Counted from the stretch's first letter, positions 54,316 to 64,000 are shown. The stretch is DNA of 64,000 bases from Polyangiaceae bacterium (GCA_035063585.1 JAPSGB010000007.1:94393-158392), one strand, 5' to 3'. Made by a program: numbers and translations. Notes: generated by a model from the sequence alone, not told the origin.

Positions 54316-55466
54316 CGCGACGACTGTTCAGGTACGTGACGCTCACTGCCGTCGCAGCGCTCGGGCTCCCGAGCGCGTGCGCGCAAGCGCCGCGCCTGCG
54401 CGGGCAGATCGACGGGCTCTCGAAGCTCACCGAGCAAGCAGAGCGCAACGGCGCCGTGCGCTGCGCGCCGCGCGAGCTCGCGCTCGCGCAGAGCCACCTC
54501 GAGTTCGCCACGCTCGAGCTCGACCAGGGCTTCATCTCCAAGGCGCAGAAGCACCTCTGGATCGCGGAGCCCAACGCGCGCGCCGCGAACTTCCTCTCTC
54601 CGCCGCAGTACTGCGCCGAGCGCGGGTTCGTCGAGGCCCCGAAGCCCAGAGAGAAGCCGAAGCCTGCACCGGGAGATCGCGACGGCGACGGCTTCCTCGA
54701 TCCCGAGGACGAGTGTCCGGACGAGCCGGAGAACTTCAACGGCTTCAAGGACGACGATGGCTGCCCCGACGATCCCGACACCGACGGCGACGGGATCCCT
54801 GATTCGGCCGACTCCTGCGTCCTCGAGCCGGAGGACAAGGACGGATACCTCGACGAGGATGGCTGCCCCGATCCGGACAACGATCTCGACGGGATCCCGG
54901 ACGCGAAGGACAAGTGCCCGAACGAGCCGGAGGACCCGGACGGCTACCAGGACGACGACGGGTGCCCGGAGCTCGACAACGACAACGACAGCGTCCCGGA
55001 CTTGAAGGACCAATGCCCGAACGAGCCGGGGTCGACGACCCAAGAGCCGCTCGGGTGTCCTACCAAGCCAGCCCTCGTCGTCGTGACGGACTGCGAGGTG
55101 AAGATCACGCAGCAGATCCACTTCGAGTTCAACAAGGCGAAGATCCGCCCGGAGAGCTACCCGGTGCTCGACGCCGTGGTCGACGTGCTCCAGAAGCTCC
55201 CGGACATCAAGATCGAGGTCCAAGGGCACACCGACAACAAGGGCTCTGCCGCCTACAACAAGAAGCTGAGCGACAAACGCGCCGGGGCCGTCATGACCTA
55301 TCTGGTCGAGCACGGCGTCAGCGCGAGCCGCCTCGCCTCACACGGCTACGGCTTCGAGCGCCCGCTGGTCCCGAACGACACCGAGCAACATCGCGCGCTC
55401 AATCGTCGCGTTCAGTTCGTCCGCACCGAAGGTGTGAAGCCCGGCTGTCCTCAGCCGTCGAAGTGA
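54312..55466 (+). CDS. OmpA-family lipoprotein with DUF4398 and thrombospondin type-3 Ca-binding repeats
   Basis: PSAC lipobox-like motif, repeated D.DGDG..D..D.CP..PED.DG..D.DGCP, IHFEFNKA, GHTD, LS.KRA, NRRVQF; ATGA overlap with the upstream gene. Confidence 0.9.
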   Translation: MTRRLFRYVTLTAVAALGLPSACAQAPRLRGQIDGLSKLTEQAERNGAVRCAPRELALAQSHLEFATLELDQGFISKAQKHLWIAEPNARAANFLSPPQYCAERGFVEAPKPREKPKPAPGDRDGDGFLDPEDECPDEPENFNGFKDDDGCPDDPDTDGDGIPDSADSCVLEPEDKDGYLDEDGCPDPDNDLDGIPDAKDKCPNEPEDPDGYQDDDGCPELDNDNDSVPDLKDQCPNEPGSTTQEPLGCPTKPALVVVTDCEVKITQQIHFEFNKAKIRPESYPVLDAVVDVLQKLPDIKIEVQGHTDNKGSAAYNKKLSDKRAGAVMTYLVEHGVSASRLASHGYGFERPLVPNDTEQHRALNRRVQFVRTEGVKPGCPQPSK

Positions 55467-55573
55467 TTCGGCAAACCGACGCGCGTCGATGGTCTGCCGC
55501 CCCCTGACTCAAAGCCTGTCACCATCCAATCCCCTGATCATCGCGGAAGTTTCGCCTCGCGGAGGACTCTAGA

Positions 55574-57295
55574 GTGCATCGCCGGTACGTAAGTCTGCTC
55601 GCCGCTTTCCTCGTGACGCTCGCCGCCACCCTCGCGTTCGCCGCGCCGAGGGACGCCGCCGCGACCAAGAAGATCGACGAGGCGATCAACGAGCACTACC
55701 TCACGACGCAGTTCGACAAGGCCGAGGCGGTCCTCACCGGGACCATCACCGCCTGCGGAGACAAGTGCAGCCCGTCCGTCATCGCCAAGGCCTGGATGTA
55801 CGTCGGTGTCGTTCGAGGGAGCGGCAAGAGCGACCAGGCCGGCGCGCGAGAGGCTTTCGAGAAGGCGGTCGCCGCCGACGCGAACGTGAAGCTCGACGAG
55901 GCGCTGGCGACGCCGGACACCAAGAAGACCTTCGACGCGGTCGCTGGCGGGGGCGGGACCGCCACGCCCCCCGAGACGCCGCCGACCAACCCGCCGAGCG
56001 GCCCGTCGGGCGGCGGCGAAGAGGCCGGAAACATGACCTGCACCCCCGAGGTGCGAGAGGTCGAGACTCGGCGAATCATCCCGATCAGCTGCATGACGGA
56101 TGAGGACGACGTCGTAAAGGGCGAGCTCAAGTACAAGGAGTTCGGCGGAGACAGCTGGAAGACGGTCAAGCTGCACCGCAAGGGTGACTACTGGCAGGGC
56201 GAGATCCCGTGCACGGCGACGCAGATGGTCGGCCCGCTCCGCGTGTACGTCCGCGTGCAGAACCGCGACGGCGACACGGTCGACAGCTGGGGCAGCAAGA
56301 GCAAGCCCGTCGAGTTCGCCATCAAGAACGAGACCGACGCCGAGGCGCCCTCGTACCCGGATCGAGACGCGCCGGAGCGCTGCAAGGCTCAGGTGGAGTG
56401 TCCGCCGGATTTCCCCGGCTGCAACGCCGGGGAGCAGCGCGGGAACAAGGCTTGGGGCGACTCCTGCAGCGCCACTCAGGAGTGTCAGGCGGGTCTTTCG
56501 TGCACGGGAGGCCAGTGTGAGTCCGCGCAGACGTGCGACGTAGACGCGGATTGCACCGCCGGAAAGTGCGTCGCGGGTTCCTGCCAGGCGGGCGGCGACA
56601 CGCAAGCGGGCCCCTACAAGAAGAACTGGATCGGAGTCCACGTCGGCTTCGATCTCGCGTTCATGGGCGGCGACGACGTCTGCTCCCCGGACAGCCAGCA
56701 GAACAACGGCTACGCCTGCTTCTATAACGAAGGGCCAGCCTCCGGAAACCAGTATCAAGGCTCCCCGCAACCGGGCCGCGCCGACAGCATCAAGGGCGGG
56801 ATCGCCCCGGCGACGGTGCGTCTGATGCTCTCTTATGATCGCGCGCTCACCCAGAACTTCCTGCTCGGCGCGCGGGTCGGCTACGCCTTCAACGGGGGCC
56901 CGGACTCGAACGGTACGAGCTTCATGCCGTTCCACGCCGAGGCGCGGCTCTCCTATTGGTTCGGCAAGGACGTCCTCTCGAAGAAGGGTATCCGACCCTA
57001 CGTCGCGCTCGGCGGCGGGCTCGCGCAGGTAGACGCCAAGCTGCCGGTGACCCTCATCGACTGCGGGACGGGCAGCGCGGTCAACCCCGCGTGCTTGACC
57101 GGCTCCGCTCCGGGCCAGACCATGACGCTCGACGCTTGGAAGAAGCTCGGGCAGAGCTTCATCAGCGTGGGCGGCGGCGCCATGTACGCCCTCACGCCGA
57201 ACAGCGGGCTACAGCTCAATCTGAACGTCATGTTCATGCTGCCCACCTCGGGCACAGTGCTCGAGCCCTCGCTCGGCTACGTGTTCGGGCTCTGA
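55574..57295 (+). CDS. Secreted/outer-membrane protein: helical N-domain, beta-sandwich, Cys-rich repeats, C-terminal beta-barrel-like region
   Basis: GGAGG RBS, signal peptide (AFA), ECPPDFPGC and C...C.AG..C repeats, amphipathic strands ending LGYVFGL. Confidence 0.6.
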   Translation: MHRRYVSLLAAFLVTLAATLAFAAPRDAAATKKIDEAINEHYLTTQFDKAEAVLTGTITACGDKCSPSVIAKAWMYVGVVRGSGKSDQAGAREAFEKAVAADANVKLDEALATPDTKKTFDAVAGGGGTATPPETPPTNPPSGPSGGGEEAGNMTCTPEVREVETRRIIPISCMTDEDDVVKGELKYKEFGGDSWKTVKLHRKGDYWQGEIPCTATQMVGPLRVYVRVQNRDGDTVDSWGSKSKPVEFAIKNETDAEAPSYPDRDAPERCKAQVECPPDFPGCNAGEQRGNKAWGDSCSATQECQAGLSCTGGQCESAQTCDVDADCTAGKCVAGSCQAGGDTQAGPYKKNWIGVHVGFDLAFMGGDDVCSPDSQQNNGYACFYNEGPASGNQYQGSPQPGRADSIKGGIAPATVRLMLSYDRALTQNFLLGARVGYAFNGGPDSNGTSFMPFHAEARLSYWFGKDVLSKKGIRPYVALGGGLAQVDAKLPVTLIDCGTGSAVNPACLTGSAPGQTMTLDAWKKLGQSFISVGGGAMYALTPNSGLQLNLNVMFMLPTSGTVLEPSLGYVFGL

Positions 57296-57995
57296 GCGCG
57301 CTCGATCGCGCGCGAGCGCGCCCCCCGAGCCCGAGATAGATCCCGAGTCAGCGGGCGCAGCTCGGCAATGCGTCTCCCCGAAACGTGAAGCGTCGGCCCA
57401 GGATCGCGACTGCATTGGAGCCCGAACCGTCCGTCGAGCCCCGCTCCGATGACGGAGAGCCTGGGCACGCCCCGCGCCAGTGACGGGCGTGGCCCCCTGA
57501 GCGATGAGCTGCCGGCCCCGCGCGGTGGAGGTCGGCGGCGTCGTAGCTGAACCAATGGACGCAGCTGGGTCCCGCGGCGCATCACGAATAGTCTCGAACA
57601 CCACGGGCGATGAGAAGACCGCGCCTTGCCAGGTCGATGAGGTCGTCGTCTCGGCTCCTGCGAACGAGGAGAACGAGTCTCTCAGCTACTACTTCGACGC
57701 CGCGGCGCATCTCCTCGACGTTCTCTACGTCGACGACACGCTTCGCCGGTCCCCGCTGGCCGAGCAGGTGATGGCGCGGTCCGCTGCTGAGACGCCGAGC
57801 CGCTTCCATCCGTCGCCTCGTCCGCGCGTTGGTCACCGTCCGCACGCCGCCTGCCTCTCCATCCCGTGGAGGGCCGGCGCCCGGCCGGCCGCTCGCGCCT
57901 CTCAGGATGGCGCGAGGTACTCGTCGTCGGCGGGGAGATGTAGTCGTCGCTCAGCTCACCCCTCTCGACCCTCGTGATTGACGCACTTCGGATCC

Positions 57996-58017
57996 TGCAT
58001 GATGCATGATGCATGAT
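57996..58017. repeat. Perfect heptamer tandem repeat (TGCATGA)3T
   Basis: Read directly: TGCATGA TGCATGA TGCATGA T, between TTGACG (57978-57983) and the 58095 start. Confidence 0.9.
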
Positions 58018-58094
58018 AACCAAGAGTTGCTCGCGGGTCTGCTCCGCGCGCCGCCTCCCTCCCCGGAGGCGCCCCGCCGCCGTGGAGAACCCGG

Positions 58095-61000
58095 ATGTCG
58101 TCAGCGTGGATCCAATCGCTTCGTTTCGCGGTGCTCGTTGTCGCCGGCGCGCTGCTCGTGCAGTGCTCGTCGCCGGATGCGAGCTGGGACCCGAGCCCGC
58201 CGGGCGCCACGGTCGAGGCTGGTACGGTCGCGCCCCAGGGGACCTCGGCAAGCATCGCGCAGGTAGCGGCGCTGGCAAACCCCGCGCCGGCGCTCGCCGC
58301 ACGGGTCGCTTCGAAGGCCGCGCCAGCAGGGTTCGTGGAGCAGGACGGCGCCCTCGCCTCCCCGGGCTGGCGGCGGGCGTCGCAGGAGCCGAGCCGCGCG
58401 GTGGGGGCGCTCTTCTCGCAGCGCGCGGACCAGGGCTTCCGCGTGAGCCTCGGCGCGAGCGACGAGGTCGGCCTGACGCTCACCCCGCGCGGCGCGCGCT
58501 CGTCGAGCGCGGTGCTCGACGCGGGGCGGCTCGCGTATCCGGACGCGTATCCGTCCACCGATCTCGTCGCGGTCGCCGATGATGACGTCGTCGAGTGGAT
58601 GTACCTCCTGCGCGACGAGCAGGCCCCCGCGACGTTCTCGCTCGACGTCGCGCTCGGCTCGCAACTCGCCGACCTCCGCCTCGACAACTCGGGTGCGCTG
58701 CTGGCTGTGGACGCGAAGGGGGAGGCGCTGTTTCGCATCGCGCGCCCCTTCGCGCTCGACGCGACCGGCGCGCGGCGCGACGCGGGGATGGAGTACCGCG
58801 ACGGCCGGCTGACCCTGCAACTCGACACGACCGGGCTCACGTACCCGGTGCTGCTCGATCCGGCGGTCGAGACGGCGGTGTGGGAGGTGCGGCAAACGCC
58901 GCCGCCGCCTCGCCGCTACCCGGCGATGACGTACGACGAAGAGCGTCGCCGCGTCGTGCTGTTCGGCGGCCTCTCCGCGTCGGGCTCGAGCGCCCCGCTC
59001 GGCGACACGTGGGAGTGGGACGGCGTCACCTGGACGCTGCGCTCGACGACCGGTCCGCAGGCGCGCCAAGCGGCGGCGATGGTGTACGACACCAGCTCGA
59101 AGCGGGCGCTCCTCTACGGCGGCGCCTCGGGCTCGACGCGCCTCGGCGATCTCTGGGAGTGGAATGGCGCCTCTTGGAAAGAGCTCTGCACGAGCGCGGC
59201 ATGTGAGGCGACCGCGCCCGCCGCTCGGCAGGGCGCGACGATGGTCTACGACCCGGACCACCAGGCGACCGTCCTCTTCGGCGGCTTCAGCGGCAGCTAC
59301 CAGGCGGACACCTGGAAGTGGAACGGCTCGAGCTGGTCGCAGGTGACGGGGCCCGGGCCGAGCGCGCGAATGGGGGCCGCGGGAGCGTGGGACTACGTCG
59401 GCCATCAGCTGCTGCTCTTCGGCGGCACGAACGGCTCGACGTACTACGACGACACCTGGACCTTCAACGGCACGAGCTGGACCCTCCGCACCGGCACCCA
59501 CCCGAGCGCGCGAGCGTACGCTCAGGTGAGCAGCATGGGCAAGGTCGGCTTCGTTCTGTACGGCGGCGCCGAGTCGCCCACCGAGTCGCTCGACGACACG
59601 TGGGAATGGAACGGGACCGGGTGGAGCTCGGTCCCCTATTTCAGCGAGAAACCGCCGAAAAACGCCTACGGCGCGATGGCGTTCTATAGCGACTCCATGA
59701 GGCGCGCCGTCGTCTTCGGTGGCGACGGTGCGGGCGCGGCGGTCTGGTCCTATGACTTCGTGGCCAAGGCGTGGAGTCAGGTGATAACGACCCCGCCCGC
59801 CCGCACCAAGCACGCGATGGCGTACGACCCGCTGCGCGGCCGCACCGTCATGTATGGCGGCGTCACGGCAAGCAACAATTACCTCTACGACACGTGGGAA
59901 TGGCTCGGCTCTGGCTGGCAGCGCGCCTGCGAGTACCCCGACTGCCCCAGCCTCACCTCGCCCGCGCTGGCCTATGACGCAAAGGCCAAGGTCACGCTGC
60001 TGTTCGGCGACGACCTTTTCAACACGCTCTGGAGCTGGAACGGCGTCACGTGGACGAAGCTCTGCGGGTACGGCACCGCCTGCGCGGGGCCGAGTGCACG
60101 CATGATGTCGACGCTCGCGTACGACCCGAACCGCGAGCGTACGGTGCTGTTCGGCGGGATGAGCTCGGGCGCCGCCCGCAATGACACTTGGGAGTGGGAT
60201 GGCAGCCAATGGATACAAGCGTGCGTCACCACACCGTGCATCAATAATAAGCCCTCTCCGCGCTACGGCGCCTCGATGGCCTACGACGGCGGAAGCGGCG
60301 GGGTCCTCCTGCTCTTCGGCGGCACCACGAACGGCACCGATCGGCTGAGCGATACTTGGGAGTGGAACGGCTCGGTCTGGACGCGGCGCGCGACGTCCGG
60401 GCCGTCTGGGCGCTACGGTGCCGCGATGGTCCATGACCCGACCCGCTGGAGGACGGTCCTGTTCGGCGGCTCCACGGCGAATGGCGCCCCCTTCACGAGC
60501 GACGAGACCTGGGAGTGGAACGGTCAGACGAAGGCCTGGAAGCTCATCCCCTCGACGGGGCCGTCGCAACGCACCACCGCAGGTGCGTTCGACCTGAACC
60601 GTAAGCGGTTCGTCCTCTTCGGCGGAAGCAGCAACGGCACCGACACGTGGGGGGACACTTGGGAGTACTACACGCGCGGCGGCGCGTGCGACGGCGTGAG
60701 CCAGTGCGACACGGGCTACTGCACCGACGGCGTCTGTTGCGAGGCGTTCTCGTGCGGCACCTGCCAGGCGTGCGACACCGCGGCGAACCCTGGGGTCTGC
60801 GCGCCGGTCCGGAGCGCCGACGATCTCGACACTTGCACCGGGGCAAACACCTGCAGCGCGCTCGGCGAGTGCAAGAAGAAGAACGCGCAGGCGTGCACGA
60901 GCGCGACCGAGTGCGCGAGCGGCTTCTGCGCCGACGGATACTGCTGCAACTCGGCTTGCGACGGTGGGTGCGACGAGTGCGCGTCGAGTCCCGGCACGTG

Positions 61001-63971
61001 CACGCCCCGCGCGCCCGGTCACGCCGGCAGCGCGCCCGCGTGCGGCGGCTTCGCCTGCACGGGGTCGAGCGGCGCCTGCCCGACGAGCTGCACGAGCGAC
61101 TCCCAGTGCGTGAGCACGCACTACTGCGCCGCCGACGGCACCTGCCAGCCGAGGCGCGCGAGCGGCGCCGCGTGCAACACCGCCGCGGGCGTCGACTGCA
61201 AGGTCGCGGGCTGTCGCGAGTGCTCCGCTGGGGGTTGCGTCGACTTCGTTTGCTGCGCGGCGACGTCGTGCGGAGCGTGCCAGACGTGCAGCGGCGCCAC
61301 CCCGGGCACCTGCTCGAGCGTGACCAACGCCGACGACGCCGATAGCTGCGCCGGCGCGAGCACGTGCAGCGCGAGCGGCGCGTGCAAGAAGAAGCTCGGC
61401 CAGGCCTGCGGCGCCGGCGCCGACTGCGCGAGTGGCTTCTGCGCCGACGGCGTCTGCTGCAACGGCGCCTGCTCGGGGGGCTGCGACGTCTGCAAGGCGA
61501 GCCTCGGTGCGACGGCCGACGGGCAGTGCACGCTGCTCGCCGCAGGGGCATCCGGCAGCGGGTGCGGCAACTACGCCTGCACCGGCGCGAGCGGCGCCTG
61601 CCCGTCGAGCTGCGCCAACGACTCGACGTGCGCCGCTTCCGCCTACTGCAACACGGCGACCGGTAAGTGCGAGCCCGATCAGCCGAACGGAGGCGTCTGC
61701 ACCACCGGCGCTCAGTGCGCGAGCGGCAACTGCGTCGACGGCTTCTGCTGCAACAGCGCCTGTACCGGGCTCTGCCAGGCCTGCAGCGCAGGCAAGACGG
61801 GACTCGCGAACGGCACCTGCGGCAGCGTGACGGGGGGCACCGACCCGGACAACGAATGCGCGCAAGACACGGCGAGCACCTGTCAGAAGGACGGCTTCTG
61901 CAACGGCGCCGGCGCATGCCGCCTGTACACGAGCGGCACCGCGTGCGGGAGCCCGACGTGCACCGCCGGGGTCGCGAACGCCGCGGCGTGCGACGGCAGC
62001 GGCACCTGCAAGACGACGCCGACGCCGTGCGTGCCCTACGCGTGCAGCGGCACCGCGTGCGGCACGACCTGCTCCGGCGACGGCCAGTGCCACTCGGGCT
62101 ACTACTGCGCGACCGGGGGCACCTGTCTGGCGAAGAAGGCCGACGGAGACGCCTGCTCGGCGCCCAACCAGTGCTCGAGCGGCAACTGCGCGGACGGCGT
62201 CTGCTGCAACACCGCGTGCAACCAGTCGTGCCAGGCTTGCACCGCCGCCAAGAAGGGGGGCGGCGCCGACGGGACGTGCGGCTTCGTGAAGGTAGACACC
62301 GATCCGGACAACGAGTGCGCGACCGGCGCGGCGTGCGGGCAGACGGGCAACTGCAACGGCGCGGGGGTATGCAAGATCGCATCGCTCGGAACGGTGTGCG
62401 GCGCGACGAGCTGCGCGAGCGGCGTGCAGACCGGCCAGCAGTGCGACGGCGAAGGCACCTGCACGAGTGGCTCGAGCACGCCGTGCGCCGCCGGCTACAC
62501 CTGCCTGAACGCGAGCGTGTGCGCGACGAGCTGCACCGACGACGCGCAGTGCGCGGGGGGCTACTTCTGCAGCGTCGGCAGCTGCGTGGCGGCACAGCCG
62601 CTCGGGGGCGAATGCAATCGGGCGAGACAGTGCGCCGGCGGCAACTGCGTCGATGGCTTCTGTTGCGACGGCGTGTGCGCCGGCGCATGCCAGGCCTGCA
62701 GCAACGCGAAGACGGGGGAGCCGGACGGCCAGTGCAAGCCGGTCAAGGCCGCCACCGACCCGGACAACGAATGCGCGCCGGCGCTGCAAACGACCTGCGG
62801 GCAGAACGGGAGCTGCGACGGCTCCGGCCAGTGCGCGCTCTGGGCGCTCGGCACGAGCTGTGGCACGAACGCCTGCTCGACCGACGGCCTGTCGCTCATC
62901 GGCTCGCAGTGCACCGGGACGGGCGTCTGCCAGGCGGCGTCGACGACGTCGTGCGGCGCGTACGCCTGCGCGGGCACGAGCTGCGCGTCAACGTGCGCGG
63001 ACGACTCCGGGTGCGCGCCGGGAGCGTTCTGCGGCAACGATAGCCTCTGCCATACCAAGCGTGATCTCGCGGGTACATGCACCTCGGCGCACGAGTGCAA
63101 GAGCGGCTTCTGCGTCGAGGGGGTCTGCTGCAACACCGCGTGCGACGGCATCTGCCAGGCCTGCACGCAGGCGGCCAAGGAGGACGACTCGACCGACGGC
63201 ACCTGCGGGTTCGCCAAGGCGGCCCTCGATCCGCACAGCGACTGCCCCGACGACCGCGTCGAGAAGGGCGACCCTACCTCGTGCGCCCGCGACGGGCTGT
63301 GCGACGGCGCGGGGGCTTGCCGCAACTATGCGAAGGGGACGGCGTGCGGGTCGACCTCGTGCGCGGGTAACGTGCAGACGGGGCACGCATGCGACGGGGC
63401 AGGCGTCTGCCTCGACAACGCCACGCAAGACTGTGGCGAGTACGCCTGCCTCGCCGGCGCCTGCACGACATCGTGCGCGAAGGCCGGCGACTGCAACACC
63501 GCCGCGTACTGCGACACCGCGGCGAGCGAGTGCAAGCCCAAGGCGCCGCTCGGCGAGGCGTGTACGACGGCGGACACGTGCCAGAGCGGGTTCTGCGTCG
63601 ACGGCTTCTGCTGCAACAAGGCCTGTGACGGCCAATGCGAGGCGTGCGACGTCGGCACCGCGACGGGCACCTGCTCACCGGTGAACGGCGCGCCGCATGG
63701 CGCCCGCCCCGCTTGCGCCGAGGGGACCGCGGCGAGCGGCGACGGGGCCTGCGCGGCGCGCACCTGCGACGGCAACGACGGCTCGAGCTGCCAGGGCTAC
63801 GTCGGCTCGTCGGTCGCCTGCCGCGATCAGTCGTGCGCGGGCGGCGTGCAGAGCTTCTCCGCGACGTGCAACGGCCACGGTGGAGACGATCACGCGGAAG
63901 CGCGGGTTCGCGATCAGGGCGAGCGCGGGGTTCGACGGGTAGCGCGGGCTCCGGTTTCTTGGCCGGCGTGA
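58095..63971 (+). CDS. Giant surface protein with 12 Kelch-like blades and 9 Cys-rich modules; C-terminus probably disrupted
   Basis: Signal/lipobox-like LLVQC; YPVLLDP domain end; 12 copies of YD....VLFGG...DTWEW.G..W; 9 copies of C.SG.C.DG.CC...C...C..C; the last ~30 aa lose the Cys pattern. Confidence 0.8.
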   Translation: MSSAWIQSLRFAVLVVAGALLVQCSSPDASWDPSPPGATVEAGTVAPQGTSASIAQVAALANPAPALAARVASKAAPAGFVEQDGALASPGWRRASQEPSRAVGALFSQRADQGFRVSLGASDEVGLTLTPRGARSSSAVLDAGRLAYPDAYPSTDLVAVADDDVVEWMYLLRDEQAPATFSLDVALGSQLADLRLDNSGALLAVDAKGEALFRIARPFALDATGARRDAGMEYRDGRLTLQLDTTGLTYPVLLDPAVETAVWEVRQTPPPPRRYPAMTYDEERRRVVLFGGLSASGSSAPLGDTWEWDGVTWTLRSTTGPQARQAAAMVYDTSSKRALLYGGASGSTRLGDLWEWNGASWKELCTSAACEATAPAARQGATMVYDPDHQATVLFGGFSGSYQADTWKWNGSSWSQVTGPGPSARMGAAGAWDYVGHQLLLFGGTNGSTYYDDTWTFNGTSWTLRTGTHPSARAYAQVSSMGKVGFVLYGGAESPTESLDDTWEWNGTGWSSVPYFSEKPPKNAYGAMAFYSDSMRRAVVFGGDGAGAAVWSYDFVAKAWSQVITTPPARTKHAMAYDPLRGRTVMYGGVTASNNYLYDTWEWLGSGWQRACEYPDCPSLTSPALAYDAKAKVTLLFGDDLFNTLWSWNGVTWTKLCGYGTACAGPSARMMSTLAYDPNRERTVLFGGMSSGAARNDTWEWDGSQWIQACVTTPCINNKPSPRYGASMAYDGGSGGVLLLFGGTTNGTDRLSDTWEWNGSVWTRRATSGPSGRYGAAMVHDPTRWRTVLFGGSTANGAPFTSDETWEWNGQTKAWKLIPSTGPSQRTTAGAFDLNRKRFVLFGGSSNGTDTWGDTWEYYTRGGACDGVSQCDTGYCTDGVCCEAFSCGTCQACDTAANPGVCAPVRSADDLDTCTGANTCSALGECKKKNAQACTSATECASGFCADGYCCNSACDGGCDECASSPGTCTPRAPGHAGSAPACGGFACTGSSGACPTSCTSDSQCVSTHYCAADGTCQPRRASGAACNTAAGVDCKVAGCRECSAGGCVDFVCCAATSCGACQTCSGATPGTCSSVTNADDADSCAGASTCSASGACKKKLGQACGAGADCASGFCADGVCCNGACSGGCDVCKASLGATADGQCTLLAAGASGSGCGNYACTGASGACPSSCANDSTCAASAYCNTATGKCEPDQPNGGVCTTGAQCASGNCVDGFCCNSACTGLCQACSAGKTGLANGTCGSVTGGTDPDNECAQDTASTCQKDGFCNGAGACRLYTSGTACGSPTCTAGVANAAACDGSGTCKTTPTPCVPYACSGTACGTTCSGDGQCHSGYYCATGGTCLAKKADGDACSAPNQCSSGNCADGVCCNTACNQSCQACTAAKKGGGADGTCGFVKVDTDPDNECATGAACGQTGNCNGAGVCKIASLGTVCGATSCASGVQTGQQCDGEGTCTSGSSTPCAAGYTCLNASVCATSCTDDAQCAGGYFCSVGSCVAAQPLGGECNRARQCAGGNCVDGFCCDGVCAGACQACSNAKTGEPDGQCKPVKAATDPDNECAPALQTTCGQNGSCDGSGQCALWALGTSCGTNACSTDGLSLIGSQCTGTGVCQAASTTSCGAYACAGTSCASTCADDSGCAPGAFCGNDSLCHTKRDLAGTCTSAHECKSGFCVEGVCCNTACDGICQACTQAAKEDDSTDGTCGFAKAALDPHSDCPDDRVEKGDPTSCARDGLCDGAGACRNYAKGTACGSTSCAGNVQTGHACDGAGVCLDNATQDCGEYACLAGACTTSCAKAGDCNTAAYCDTAASECKPKAPLGEACTTADTCQSGFCVDGFCCNKACDGQCEACDVGTATGTCSPVNGAPHGARPACAEGTAASGDGACAARTCDGNDGSSCQGYVGSSVACRDQSCAGGVQSFSATCNGHGGDDHAEARVRDQGERGVRRVARAPVSWPA

Positions 63972-64000
63972 CGGGCGTCGCGTAGCTCGACGCGCCCTCG

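Noticed and set aside
57330..57520. Possible ribozyme or riboswitch (CGAAAC, GATGA-like words)
   Set aside because: No complete hammerhead core (CUGAUGA) or riboswitch consensus could be assembled by eye; a covariance-model scan is needed
58101..62789. 1562-aa minus-strand ORF
   Set aside because: Antisense shadow of the Kelch/Cys-rich gene; its periodicity only mirrors the sense repeats
1..64000. tRNA, rRNA, IS elements, integrase, prophage
   Set aside because: No cloverleaf/T-loop signatures, rRNA-like stretches, transposase or integrase motifs, or terminal inverted repeats seen

Overview
Very GC-rich, densely coding bacterial chromosome segment. Gene content suggests Myxococcota, probably Polyangiales-like (inference). 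From left to right: (i) 1-19.2 kb, an island of large membrane proteins with five GT-C-like putative glycosyltransferases, three MFS-like/SAM-dependent 'spermidine synthase-like' proteins, a geranylgeranyl-reductase-family enzyme, a lipoprotein and a cNMP-domain/ThrRS-like/uridine kinase fusion; (ii) 19.2-25.6 kb, a mevalonate/isoprenoid cluster (fni, trans-prenyltransferase, mvk, mvaD, phosphomevalonate kinase, class II HMG-CoA reductase); (iii) hisC, a TPR lipoprotein, a lipoprotein with a sigma54-type promoter, three tandem DUF4352-like lipoproteins and a TMTC-like GT-C/TPR protein; (iv) a partial complex I operon nuoE-F-J-K-L-M-N with extended NuoL and NuoM; (v) a zinc-ribbon/Pro-Gly repeat membrane protein, DUF2752, ychF, two acyl-CoA dehydrogenases, a dipeptide epimerase, a cN-II-type 5'-nucleotidase, exbB-exbD-tonB, a cNMP protein, lexA, DUF4398, OmpA/TSP3 and a Cys-rich outer-membrane protein; (vi) a 1958-aa Kelch/Cys-rich surface protein whose C-terminus appears broken at a junction. 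I saw no rRNA, tRNA, CRISPR array or transposase. The best candidate for an undescribed system is the GT-C + membrane methyltransferase + GGR + mevalonate island, hypothesised to be a lipid-carrier-dependent extracytoplasmic glycosylation and methylation system. All family assignments come from motif recognition by eye, not database searches.
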